Shown: positions 19,816-28,878, counted from the first letter of the stretch. The stretch: 64,000 bases of DNA from Bacillota bacterium (GCA_012518675.1 JAAYRR010000133.1:7015-71014), one strand, 5' to 3'. Made by a program: numbers and translations. Notes: generated by a model not told the origin, from the letters alone.

Positions 19816-20000
19816 AAAGGCAGGTCTCCTGGCTTCCGGATCAAAACTTGTTTACTACACCTTAGTCCCTTCCCATTCCCCTTCCCTTTACGGTTAGGAA
19901 ACAGTGGCTTTGGCTGCAGCTCCCCGGTTACAGTGGCGGGACCGCGCAGGAATTACACCTGTCTTCCCTATTCTCCGCTAAAAACGGCACCTTTAGCAAC
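19816..20000 (-). promoter_or_regulatory. Cobalamin (AdoCbl) riboswitch aptamer
   Basis: The minus strand reads AAAGGTGCC...AATAGGGAAG...GGTGTAATTCC...GCGCGGTCCCGCCACTGTAACCGGGGAGC...GCCACTG...GGGAAGG...AGCCAGGAGACCTGCC. All canonical cobalamin-riboswitch core elements are present and in order, including the B12 box. Confidence 0.8.
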
Positions 20001-20015
20001 AATATTATTTGCTTT

Positions 20016-20044
20016 ATTATACTGGTTTTTACCCCCGGTGGCAA
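20016..20044 (-). promoter_or_regulatory. Sigma-A type promoter driving the riboswitch (TTGCCA-N17-TATAAT on the minus strand)
   Basis: Canonical -35/-10 hexamers with 17-nt spacing, ending about 10 nt upstream of the aptamer 5' end. Confidence 0.5.
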
Positions 20045-20135
20045 GTACAACAGTTATTATATTTTTTGATCCTGAAAGATTGCCAAGGATAATTATTAGT
20101 GAAAAAACAAAAGATAAAGATAAGGAGGGATAAAC

Positions 20136-20276
20136 ATGTCCGATGAAAGAAAGTACGACGATACAAAAAGTGTCAGTTATGCAGGAATAAAATATGGAAG
20201 TTGGTTGCTGGGTTTAATCATTATCCTTTATTTTGTTGGACGCCATCTTTTCCCTTTTATCCGCTCCCTGTTTTGA
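20136..20276 (+). CDS. Hypothetical 46-aa single-pass membrane protein
   Basis: Below the ORF-track size cut-off. Near-perfect RBS AAGGAGGG 6 nt upstream of the ATG, a hydrophobic core WLLGLIIILYFVG, and a strong terminator downstream. Confidence 0.45.
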   Translation: MSDERKYDDTKSVSYAGIKYGSWLLGLIIILYFVGRHLFPFIRSLF

Positions 20277-20374
20277 AAATTTGCCGTGATAATAACCCAT
20301 TTTATCCCATGGCAATGCTTTTTTAACTATTATATTAATAAAGGTTAACATATTGTTGTAAATTTTTCATGGTC

Positions 20375-20418
20375 AGAGCAGGGCAAGCATTAATAAGCTT
20401 GCCCTGCTCCCTTTTTTA
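20375..20418 (+). terminator. Rho-independent terminator
   Basis: AGAGCAGGGCAAGC-loop-GCTTGCCCTGCTC followed by TTTTTT. Confidence 0.8.
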
Positions 20419-20515
20419 GGTATACTAGGAGTTAACATAAATCTTCCTGAATGTAGCAGCCTTTTACAAAAATGAGGCTTGTTCACCTTCAGGAAAAAAT
20501 AACAGGAGGTAATCC

Positions 20516-21325
20516 ATGTTTAAACGAAAGCTTAAACACAAAATTTGGCGGAAGGTATTAACTATGTTGCTCATACCGGGAATGCTGTTGGCCCTTTGTC
20601 AGGCCGGTGCAGTAGCGCTTACTTACAACGTGGCCCCGCATGACACCCTTTTTCTAATTGCCCAAAGGTACAACACCACTGCAGCAGAACTGGCTCAGAT
20701 TAACAATATCACCAACCCAAACCTCATTTATCCCGGTCAGGCACTAACTGTTCCTACCCGAATACATACTGTTCTCCCGGGGGAAACCCTTTGGACCATT
20801 TCCCAAAAATATGGGGTGAACCTGACCGCGCTTAGTTCTGCCAACCCTGCATTGTCCCCACAAAATATTTATCCGGGTTTAAAGGTAAATTTACCCGCTG
20901 ACGCGGCAGCAGAAAGAACAACAGCCCCACCTTTAACCTCACGCGGTGGCAGAAGTTACTCCCCCAGCGAAATTGATCTTTTTGCACGCCTGGTCCATTC
21001 TGAAGCGGGAAGTGAACCTTATACCGGGCAGGTTGCTGTCGCCGCTTCTGTTTTAAACAGACTGGACAGCCCCCGTTACCCCTATTCACTGCCCGGCGTA
21101 ATATGCCAGGTTATTGACGGCTGCTACCAATATAGCCCTGTTCTGGATGGGAGAATAAACTTACCTGCCAACCAAACCGCTTACCAGGCTGTCTATGATG
21201 CTTTATCCGGTTGGGATCCCTCTCAAAATGCGCTTGGCTTTTATAATCCGGCCAAAACAAGCAATCAATGGGTTAGGCAACAGCAAGTTACAACCGTAAT
21301 CGGGAACCATGTTTTTTTCCGTTAA
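20516..21325 (+). CDS. SleB-family cell wall hydrolase with signal peptide and two LysM domains
   Basis: Two LysM repeats (YNVAPHDTLFLIAQRYN, HTVLPGETLWTISQKYG). The C-terminal Hydrolase_2/SleB catalytic domain carries LVHSEAGSEPYTGQVAVAASVLNRL...GFYNP. Confidence 0.8.
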   Translation: MFKRKLKHKIWRKVLTMLLIPGMLLALCQAGAVALTYNVAPHDTLFLIAQRYNTTAAELAQINNITNPNLIYPGQALTVPTRIHTVLPGETLWTISQKYGVNLTALSSANPALSPQNIYPGLKVNLPADAAAERTTAPPLTSRGGRSYSPSEIDLFARLVHSEAGSEPYTGQVAVAASVLNRLDSPRYPYSLPGVICQVIDGCYQYSPVLDGRINLPANQTAYQAVYDALSGWDPSQNALGFYNPAKTSNQWVRQQQVTTVIGNHVFFR

Positions 21326-21470
21326 GTAAAAAATTGAATTGTTTTAAATAAGTTTGTTCCAGATAAAAGGAAGGGGAGGCGTAAATGAAAGGATTGCCTT
21401 CCCTTCCATGTTTTTAGCGCAAAAAACCTGCCGTTAGAAAGAACGGCAGGTTAAAATATTAAAACCGTTA

Positions 21471-22862
21471 TTAACGTTTCGAAAGGGGAACATAATGACT
21501 TTTGGTTGCTACATTTTTGTAGGCCGGGCGAATGATACGTCCCCCGCTTACAATTTCCTCAAGGCGGTGGGCTGCCCAACCCGAAATTCTGGCTATGGCA
21601 AAGATGGGTGTATATAAGGCCGTGGGAATACCGAGCATTTTATAAACAAAACCCGAATAAAGGTCTACATTGGCAGCGATAGGCCGGTACATTTTTCTTT
21701 CTGCGGTGATAACCCGGGGGGCCATTTTTTCGACCATCTCGTAAAGTTTAAATTCTTTTTGCATTTCTTTTTCACGTGATAGTTCCGCTGCTTTTTCCTT
21801 AAGCAGCCTGGCCCGTGGATCAGAAAGACTGTACACCGCGTGCCCGATGCCATAAATTAAACCCTTCCTGTCAAAAGCTTTTTTATCCAAAATTTTCTTC
21901 AAATAAGCTGCTACTTCGCCTTCGTCTTCCCAGTCCTTGACGTTGGCTTTAATTTCATTGATCATGCCCATCACCTTAATATTGGCGCCCCCATGTTTGA
22001 AACCTTTTAGGGAACCGACAGCGGCTGCAATAGCAGAATAAGTATCTGTATCCGCCGAAGAAACTACATGGGTTGTAAAAGCAGAATTATTACCACCACC
22101 ATGTTCAGCATGAAGCATCAGGCTTAAGTCAAGGGTTTCTGCTTCTAATTTACTGTAGTGATTGTCGGGCCTAATCATATACAGAAAATTTTCAGAGAGG
22201 CTCAAGTCTTTCCTGGGATTATGGATATACAGGCTTTTGTTTCCATAGTAATGTGCCTTAGCCTGGTAGCCATAGGCCACCATGGTCGGAAAGCGGGCAA
22301 TCAATTCGATGGACTGTCTGAGAACATTTTCCAGGCTGTTTTCGTCCGGGTTGGGATCATATGAATAACTGGCCAGTACGCTCCGGGCCAGCTTGTTCAT
22401 GATGTTCTGACTGGGGGCCTTTAAAATCATATCTTCGGTAAAACCGTTGGGGAGCAGGCGGTTTTCAGCCAATATTTCCTTGAACCGTTTTAACTCTTGC
22501 AAGGTGGGCAATTCACCAAACAAAAGCAGATAACAGATTTCTTCAAAGCCATGCCTGTTTTCCTTTTGAAAACCTTTGACCAGTTCGTTGATTTCTATAC
22601 CACGGTAAAATAACTGGCCGTCGATAGGCACCCTTTCCCCCTGGTCATTGATAATGTAAGCATGAACATCACCGATCTCTGTCAGGCCTACCAAAACCCC
22701 GGTACCATCTATATTTCTTAACCCCCGTTTGGTGTCATACTTAGTATAAAGATCAAAATGAATATGATTGTTTTTTTCAACAAGGGCCGCCCAGTCTTTG
22801 TAACGATCCATATTAACATTTGACTGAACAATGGGAAAATTGTTGGGTACGTTTATGATCAT
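21471..22862 (-). CDS. Citrate synthase
   Basis: Citrate synthase signature GIGHAVYSLSDPRA and LHAEHGGGNNS, 463 aa. Confidence 0.85.
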   Translation of the reverse strand: MIINVPNNFPIVQSNVNMDRYKDWAALVEKNNHIHFDLYTKYDTKRGLRNIDGTGVLVGLTEIGDVHAYIINDQGERVPIDGQLFYRGIEINELVKGFQKENRHGFEEICYLLLFGELPTLQELKRFKEILAENRLLPNGFTEDMILKAPSQNIMNKLARSVLASYSYDPNPDENSLENVLRQSIELIARFPTMVAYGYQAKAHYYGNKSLYIHNPRKDLSLSENFLYMIRPDNHYSKLEAETLDLSLMLHAEHGGGNNSAFTTHVVSSADTDTYSAIAAAVGSLKGFKHGGANIKVMGMINEIKANVKDWEDEGEVAAYLKKILDKKAFDRKGLIYGIGHAVYSLSDPRARLLKEKAAELSREKEMQKEFKLYEMVEKMAPRVITAERKMYRPIAANVDLYSGFVYKMLGIPTALYTPIFAIARISGWAAHRLEEIVSGGRIIRPAYKNVATKSHYVPLSKR

Positions 22863-23098
22863 TTTATTCTCCTCATTTCCAGGGCAAGGTGGTTAAAAAA
22901 AGCCCTGCCCGAAAATACTTTTATTATTTCTTTATTATAAATTGCAACAGCTATAAATTACAACAGGTTTTTTGAATTAGCGGCCAAAAAAATTGGATTT
23001 CCTTCGTGGAATTATGGTAACATAATAAAACAACATAATTCACTTCGACATAAAAACAAAAAATCCTTTTTATTCATTTAAACTTATAACCTAATAAA

Positions 23099-23121
23099 GG
23101 CACTGCCCGATGCGCAGTGCC
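23099..23121. terminator. Bidirectional hairpin (GGCACTGC-CCGAT-GCGCAGTGCC) at the 3' end of rnpB
   Basis: Perfect 9-bp stem flanked by A/T runs on both sides. Confidence 0.6.
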
Positions 23122-23131
23122 TTTAAAATAT

Positions 23132-23505
23132 GCATGAGCAAACCTGTAAGCCGAGTTCTGTTCTCCTTAAAAGGAGCGGCAGCCATCTATCTAGGGCGCC
23201 AGTTGCCTGGCTCCTCCAGCGACTCACACCCGAGGGATTCGGCGGGCAACGTCATCTCCCTCCTATTCAGTCTTGCTCCGGGTGGGGTTTACCTAGCAGG
23301 CCGGTCACCCGGCCCCTGGTACGCTTTTACCGTACCGTTGCACCCTTACCCGGATAAAAAATAAATTTTTTACCCGGGCGGTTTATTTCTGTGGCACTAT
23401 CCTTGGGGTCGCCCCCACTGGGCGTTACCCAGCACCCTGCCCTGCGGAGCTCGGACTTTCCTCGGAAGTCATACTTACCCCCGCGACTGCCTAGTTTACT
23501 CATGT
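23132..23505 (-). ncRNA. rnpB: RNase P RNA, bacterial type A
   Basis: The minus strand contains GAGGAAAGTCCGAGCTCCGCAGGGCAGGGTGCTGGGTAACGCCCAGTGGGGGCGACCCCAAGGATAGTGCCACAGAAA...GGGTAAGGGTGCAACGGTACGGTAAAAGCGTACC...ACAGAACTCGGCTTACAGG, nearly collinear with E. coli M1 RNA conserved regions. The P1 ends pair. Confidence 0.85.
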
Positions 23506-23583
23506 AAACTTTTGTTTATTCTTCTGTTATAATTTTAACATACCATTCTTTCTTTGTCAAAATCAAAAGGAGGAGGAATCGCC

Positions 23584-24732
23584 CTATCCCATGATGGTAT
23601 GCCTGTATCTTGCACTAACAGCAGGGGGCAACAACCGGGGGGCTATAGCTGGGGGCAACCTGTTTATTTCCGGGGTTAACAAAGCTTTTTCGGAAACGCT
23701 GTGCAGGGTACCTAAAAAGTTTAGCGCTTCTTCCAGGTTGTCTACAGAAACCACCTGCAGGCGGGTTGCAACCTGCGAGGCCTCTTTGTAATTTTCGGCA
23801 GGCACCAGGAAATATTCCAAACCGGCCCCTTCTGCAGCCAGAACCTTTTGCTTAACCCCCCCGATACCGCCCACTTTACCGTCCAGGGCAATCGTGCCGG
23901 TACCCCCAATGCGATGGCCCCCTGTCAGGTTTTCAGGAAGCAACCTATCCAGGATTTCCAGAACAAACATCATCCCGGCGGAGGGGCCGCTTACCGGACC
24001 GGTTTCAATTTCAATTTTCAAAGGAAAAAGCGGTTTCCAATTTAAGGTACGCACATAAAGCCGCAGGGCTGCCTGGTAGGGGTCCTCCAGGTGGGAAACT
24101 GTTGGAATTGCAGCCTCTTTGTTTTCTTCTTTATGCTGAAATGCAATTTTAACCTTTTCCCCTACCGTTTTCTTTTGAATGCCGGCAACCACTTCCTCAG
24201 CCAAATAAACACTTTTTCCCCCAACTGCAGTAATAATATCCCCGGCCTGAAGAATGCCCCGGGCCGGGCTATCAGGCAAAACTTTGACAATTTCCACGCC
24301 ATCACTGACAATCGGCACCTCATAGCCGGCACGACGCAAGGCAATGACCCCGGCCAGATGCTTGCTTTCCTGCATCCAGCTCCGCATTAAATCGTTATAT
24401 TCTTCCATAGAAATATCGCTGGGCACTACCTTGGAAATAGGGCGTAAGTCCACAGCCGGGTGAAAATAACCATAAAGAAAACCCCATAAATTAGCCGGGT
24501 GTTGGGAAACGGTCAACATATAAAACTGCCCTTGTTCCTGGCGTGACTTTCCCTCTACTTGGATGAGGTTTCCCAGTTTTTCTGCAGAACCCGGTTTAAC
24601 AAGGAAATAGTTTAACTGCACCAAAAACCCCATTGTAAAAATAATGAGGATTATAAAACCTAAACTGACTGCTCTGCGCAAAAAACCGCTCCTTTCCCTT
24701 GATAGCATCGCAATAAAACTGCCCGCAGGCAA
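23584..24732 (-). CDS. YlbL/SepM-family Lon-like S16 peptidase with PDZ domain (membrane anchored)
   Basis: N-terminal TM helix, a PDZ region, and a C-terminal Lon proteolytic domain (IGGVKQKVLAAEGAGLEYFLVP). Confidence 0.75.
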   Translation of the reverse strand: MPAGSFIAMLSRERSGFLRRAVSLGFIILIIFTMGFLVQLNYFLVKPGSAEKLGNLIQVEGKSRQEQGQFYMLTVSQHPANLWGFLYGYFHPAVDLRPISKVVPSDISMEEYNDLMRSWMQESKHLAGVIALRRAGYEVPIVSDGVEIVKVLPDSPARGILQAGDIITAVGGKSVYLAEEVVAGIQKKTVGEKVKIAFQHKEENKEAAIPTVSHLEDPYQAALRLYVRTLNWKPLFPLKIEIETGPVSGPSAGMMFVLEILDRLLPENLTGGHRIGGTGTIALDGKVGGIGGVKQKVLAAEGAGLEYFLVPAENYKEASQVATRLQVVSVDNLEEALNFLGTLHSVSEKALLTPEINRLPPAIAPRLLPPAVSARYRHTIMG

Positions 24733-24800
24733 GAGGTCTATTATTTTTTAGCAGGCAATATATATTTATGGGGTTAAAATTTTTTTCTGGAGTAGATGAA

Positions 24801-26120
24801 ATGTTAAACACAATCTTCTTTATTTTACTTGGTCTATTTTTTTTATTATTACTGCTTACGTCTTTTAATACAAAAAGAAGGATCCTGCTTTTTTACCTGC
24901 CGGCCTGTTTGTCTGTATTATTAACCATTAGTATGATTATCTATCCGAAAGAAGCCTTTGAAGCAGCTGTGAACGGCCTGTCGATCTGGTGGAATATTGT
25001 TTTCCCCGGCCTACTGCCATTTTTTGTTTTATCACAGATCCTGATTGGTCTGGGGGTTGTTCATTTTTTAGGGGTTTTGCTGGAACCTATTATGCGCCCT
25101 CTTTTCAACGTGCCCGGCACGGGTTCTTTTGTTTTGGCTATGGGCTTGGCTTCCGGTTTTCCCTTAGGAGCTGTGCTCACCAATAAATTGCGGCTAGACG
25201 GGCTGTGCAGCAAGGTCGAGGCAGAGCGGTTGCTCAGTTTTACAAATACTGCCGATCCATTGTTCATGTTTGGAGCTGTAGCTGTCGGCATGATGCACGC
25301 CCCGCAAGCCGGCGCCCTGATCGCGGCGGCGCATTACCTTTCCAGCGTTACTGTTGGCTTATTAATGCGCTTTTACAAAGCCCGGCAGGAAAAAAGTACA
25401 GCGCCTAAAAATATTACATGGCATAAAAAAAACAGCCGCCAAGGCATTTTTCCCCAGGCCCTTACAGCCCTGATTCAGGCCAGGCAGAAAGATGGCCGTC
25501 CTTTTGGCCGGCTATTGGGGGAGGCAGTAAAAGAATCCGTAAATACCCTTTTGCTTGTTGGGGGATTTATTATCCTTTTTTCTGTAGTGATTAGCATTCT
25601 TGATTTGGCCGGGGTGGTAGATCTTTTTGCAGCAACATTTTCCTCTTTCCTTTCCTGGATCGGTTTGGAAGTAGCCCTTACCCCGGCATTTATCAGTGGT
25701 TTTTTTGAAATCGATCTGGGCTGTCAGCTGGCTGGTTCGATCGCCGCCGCCACTTTAAATGAAAAGGTTATGGCCGTCAGCTTTATCATAGCCTGGAGTG
25801 GGTTATCAGTTCATGCACAGGTAGCCAGTATTATCAGCTCTACAGACATAAGTATTTACCCTTACCTGCTGGCCCGCGTTGTGCACGCCTTTTTAGCCGC
25901 CCTTTATTGCTTTCTGCTGGCCGGCCCCCTGCCTCTTCCTTCATTTATTCAGCATAAAACTTTGCCCGTTTTTTTACAAACAGCACCGCGCAGCAATTTA
26001 TCTTACCTGTGTGCTAAACTGCTTTTTATGGGAGAACACGTGCTATTAATTTTAGGTTTTATGTTATTTGTTTCCCTTTTTGTTTACACTTATAAAAAAT
26101 ATAAAATGAAAAAAGAATAA
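24801..26120 (+). CDS. ylbJ: Sporulation integral membrane protein YlbJ (nucleoside-recognition/Gate-domain)
   Basis: Polytopic membrane protein of about 440 aa adjacent to ylbL and coaD, as in the Bacillus ylb cluster. ATG at 24801 with a GGAG RBS is preferred over 24768. Confidence 0.7.
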   Translation: MLNTIFFILLGLFFLLLLLTSFNTKRRILLFYLPACLSVLLTISMIIYPKEAFEAAVNGLSIWWNIVFPGLLPFFVLSQILIGLGVVHFLGVLLEPIMRPLFNVPGTGSFVLAMGLASGFPLGAVLTNKLRLDGLCSKVEAERLLSFTNTADPLFMFGAVAVGMMHAPQAGALIAAAHYLSSVTVGLLMRFYKARQEKSTAPKNITWHKKNSRQGIFPQALTALIQARQKDGRPFGRLLGEAVKESVNTLLLVGGFIILFSVVISILDLAGVVDLFAATFSSFLSWIGLEVALTPAFISGFFEIDLGCQLAGSIAAATLNEKVMAVSFIIAWSGLSVHAQVASIISSTDISIYPYLLARVVHAFLAALYCFLLAGPLPLPSFIQHKTLPVFLQTAPRSNLSYLCAKLLFMGEHVLLILGFMLFVSLFVYTYKKYKMKKE

Positions 26121-26150
26121 TAATGCAATCCTTGTTAATATCTCTGAAAT

Positions 26151-26636
26151 CTATTTAAGGTTTTCTATTTTATTAATTATTATTTCATAAACCTGCGGCG
26201 GAACCAGTTCGCTAATATCGCCACCGTAACTGGCTACTTCCTTCACAAGGCTGGAACTGATAAAAGAGTACTTATAGTCGGTCATCATAAACATGGTATC
26301 CACATTACGGTTCAATTTTTTATTAATCAAAGCCATTTGAAATTCAAATTCAAAATCCGAAATTGCACGCAGCCCCTTGACAATAATTGCCAAACTATTG
26401 TTTTCTGCATATTCTACCAAAAGACCCTGGTAATAGTCCACGTCTACGTTACCATAAGAGCTGGTGGTTTCCTCCAACATCTTTACCCTTTCTTCCATAG
26501 AAAATAGCGCATTCTTGCGGGGATTTTCCAAAACTGCTACAATTAGTCGATCAAAAACCTTACTGGCACGCTCAATAATATCCAAATGACCCTTGGTTAC
26601 AGGATCAAAACTTCCTGGATAAACGGCTTTTACCAC
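26151..26636 (-). CDS. coaD: Phosphopantetheine adenylyltransferase
   Basis: VYPGSFDPVTKGHLDII nucleotidyltransferase motif. GTG start at 26636 with an AAAGGGGGG RBS gives 161 aa. The longer ATG ORF to 26804 would overlap rsmD. Confidence 0.85.
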   Translation of the reverse strand: MVKAVYPGSFDPVTKGHLDIIERASKVFDRLIVAVLENPRKNALFSMEERVKMLEETTSSYGNVDVDYYQGLLVEYAENNSLAIIVKGLRAISDFEFEFQMALINKKLNRNVDTMFMMTDYKYSFISSSLVKEVASYGGDISELVPPQVYEIIINKIENLK

Positions 26637-26685
26637 TTTAAGCCCCCCTTTAATATAAATCAACCCCTGCCAGGAGTAAAGCCCT

Positions 26686-27234
26686 TCAATTTTTAAAAAA
26701 AAACAGTGAGACGCTGCCGTATACTTTAGTTTTCCATAGATTAAATGATGTTTTTTCCAATTCCCCGCCGCCACGGGAACTTCTTTCCAAAGCAACAATG
26801 CCACCTTTTTTTACAAGTGATCCCCTAAATAAGAATTCAAGCACTTTTATTGTTTCCCGGTAATTAAAAGGGGGATCCAGGTAAACAAGCTTAAAGGATC
26901 TGTTTCCCTGATGCAAATATTTTAAAGATTTAAAAATATCCGCTGTTAATACCTGCGTACGGTCTTCGGTAGCCGTAAGCTTAATATTACCTTGCAGTAT
27001 TTTTAAAGAATGACGGCTGTTTTCTACAAAAACAGCACACTGCGCACCACGGCTAAGCGCTTCCAACCCAATATTTCCCGTGCCAGAAAAAAGATCCAGG
27101 AAACAAGCGTCTAGCAGACGAGCACCGATTATATTAAAAAAGGCTGCTTTGACCTTGTCAGAGGTGGGGCGAATATTTTTATCTCGTGGTTTTTTTAGAA
27201 CCCTTCCCTTCAAAAAACCTGCACGTATTCTCAT
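26686..27234 (-). CDS. rsmD: 16S rRNA (guanine966-N2)-methyltransferase RsmD
   Basis: MRIRAGFLKGR N-terminus, SAM-binding LDLFSGTGNIGLEALSRGA, and the DPPF catalytic motif (VYLDPPFNY). Confidence 0.8.
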   Translation of the reverse strand: MRIRAGFLKGRVLKKPRDKNIRPTSDKVKAAFFNIIGARLLDACFLDLFSGTGNIGLEALSRGAQCAVFVENSRHSLKILQGNIKLTATEDRTQVLTADIFKSLKYLHQGNRSFKLVYLDPPFNYRETIKVLEFLFRGSLVKKGGIVALERSSRGGGELEKTSFNLWKTKVYGSVSLFFFKN

Positions 27235-27500
27235 AATTTTTTATATTGTCCTCCAAAAATCACGTGGGTATTTTATCATTAAGTTGCAAAAAAAGCAAGA
27301 ATATTGGATAAAACTACCATTACCTTGCCGGAGAATAAATTACAATAATATGCACATAATATAAAGGCATCAACAATATTCCCCATAAGCTCTTCCTCCG
27401 GTTTCTCCTCTCCCAACCCCTATGAGTGAAAATTTTTCATTCATAGGGGTCTTTTTTTGGATAAAATAAGAAATGTTGGAGAAAATAAAAATACAACAAT

Positions 27501-27526
27501 AAAAAAAGGCGGGCCAAGGCCCGCCA
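27501..27526. terminator. Bidirectional terminator (GGCGGGCC-AA-GGCCCGCC) after the SASP gene
   Basis: Perfect 8-bp GC stem flanked by an A7 and a T-rich tract. Confidence 0.75.
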
Positions 27527-27542
27527 GGTTGTTACAGTTTTA

Positions 27543-27872
27543 CTATAAAAGTTGTGTATCTTGCGGTTGTGCAGCTTGAGGCTGCTGTGTAACTTGGGTC
27601 TGTTCTTGGGGCTGTTTCGGGGCCGGTTGCTGGACCAGGTGAGCAGGTTGCAACTGGCCTCCGGCCAGCTGGGTTTCAACCTGTTGAATCATTTTCCTAA
27701 CCATAGTCCCGCCAACATAGCCGTTTTGTCGGGAGGTTAGCTCCCCCCTGTCTATACCAGTGTAGTTAGGAATGCCCAGTTCATTGGCGATTTCCTCTTT
27801 GAAGTTTTCCAAAGCCTGTTCTGCACCTGACACCAATATTCTATTACGTCCGGGTCTGGCTCTGTTTGGCAT
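27543..27872 (-). CDS. Alpha/beta-type small acid-soluble spore protein with a Gln/Pro-rich C-terminal extension
   Basis: Core matches alpha/beta SASP (GAEQALENFKEEIANELGI...GYVGGTMVRKMIQQVETQLAGG). A low-complexity tail of about 40 aa (QPAPKQPQEQTQVTQQPQAAQPQ) follows. GGGAGGTG RBS. Confidence 0.85.
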   Translation of the reverse strand: MPNRARPGRNRILVSGAEQALENFKEEIANELGIPNYTGIDRGELTSRQNGYVGGTMVRKMIQQVETQLAGGQLQPAHLVQQPAPKQPQEQTQVTQQPQAAQPQDTQLL

Positions 27873-28121
27873 TTGTTTTTCACCTCCCTCGCAAATTCTA
27901 TGTTTATTATTTGTTTAAAGGCGATAAATATACTTAGAAATTTCTCCTAAAATTATTATATTATTACCTTCCTATAACAAAAAAATTCCTTGAAAGTTTG
28001 ATTTTTTCAAGGTAATTTTAGGAAATTTTTTTAGGCGAAGGAGATTCTTTTTTCTTGTTTTTAAGGAGAAATTGTGTTAAAATCTATGGTGCTTGCTTTA
28101 AAGAGGAGGTTTTATGTAAAA

Positions 28122-28313
28122 ATGGCCAACAAATGCTACTATTGTGGAAAAGAAAAATCTAGCGGCTTTACCATCAGTCATTCCCATATTAAAACTAAAC
28201 GCACCTGGAAGCCCAATATTCAAAAGGTAAAGGCTATTGTGGGAGGGGTTCCCCAAAGGATTAAGGTTTGTACCCGCTGTTTAAAAGCAGGAAAAGTAAA
28301 AAGGGCTCATTAA
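28122..28313 (+). CDS. rpmB: 50S ribosomal protein L28 (zinc-ribbon type)
   Basis: 63 aa beginning MANKCYYCGK, with a second CxxC (CTRCLKAGKVKR) and KRTWKPN. GAGGAGG RBS; the ORF track begins at an upstream in-frame ATG. Confidence 0.8.
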   Translation: MANKCYYCGKEKSSGFTISHSHIKTKRTWKPNIQKVKAIVGGVPQRIKVCTRCLKAGKVKRAH

Positions 28314-28368
28314 AACTGCCCTCCCATTTAATTGTAGTTCACAGCCAGTATTAAAAAAAATAATCTCT

Positions 28369-28396
28369 GTTCCAGATACAAGCGCAACATTTTTGC
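28369..28396 (+). terminator. Rho-independent terminator after rpmB
   Basis: AAGCGCAA-CATTT-TTGCGCTT followed by TTTTT. Confidence 0.7.
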
Positions 28397-28878
28397 GCTT
28401 TTTTATTATATCCTTTATTTTGCCCTTTAGTGTTTTCCCAACAACCCTATTATAATACGGCTGATAAACCGGGGCAATTTAATAACATAAAATTTCATTT
28501 TACCGTCCTCCCTTTCTCATTTAATCCCCAACCCTCTTATTTGCCTGGCCAGTCAAATTATTATAATACAGTATATAGCCGCCAACCCAACCAGATCAGA
28601 AAAAAACCTATTAATAGGGGCCACAAATACAGGGGCAGAGCGCTTACAACCAACCCTATGCCGGCAACTGCGATAAAAACACCACCGCACCTGCGAAAAA
28701 AACTGTTGAAACGGTACCTTCTCAGCTGTAACACCCCCGTTTTTCGGGTTTATTGCATTATATGTAATCCGGACAAAAAGGGTTAAAAACGTTTACTTAT
28801 TTTCAATTTGGGGATATGGTATAATATAGGTTGTAAATTAATTGTGCCTTCAAAGTGTCATGAAAGGGTGAAAAATAG

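Noticed and set aside
19614-20133. + strand ORFs of 67 and 160 aa between cobT and the small peptide gene
   Set aside because: They lie antisense to a very well-formed cobalamin riboswitch, promoter and terminator. They have no RBS and an odd composition, so they are spurious.
26637-26804. N-terminal extensions of coaD to 217 aa, of msrAB to 356 aa and of ade to 592 aa, as given in the ORF track
   Set aside because: The extensions overlap upstream genes or lack an RBS. Internal starts with good Shine-Dalgarno sequences give lengths matching the families.
28430-28786. 118-aa Tyr/Asn/Pro-rich ORF after rpmB (spore-coat-like composition)
   Set aside because: GTG start without RBS, located in an AT-rich intergenic region. 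The composition is low-complexity and no motif is recognisable. It is probably non-coding, although a Tyr-rich coat protein cannot be excluded.
28790-28878. T-box leader upstream of gatCAB
   Set aside because: No T-box consensus (AGGGUGGNACCGCG) and no specifier-loop architecture found. Only an extended -10 promoter is present.
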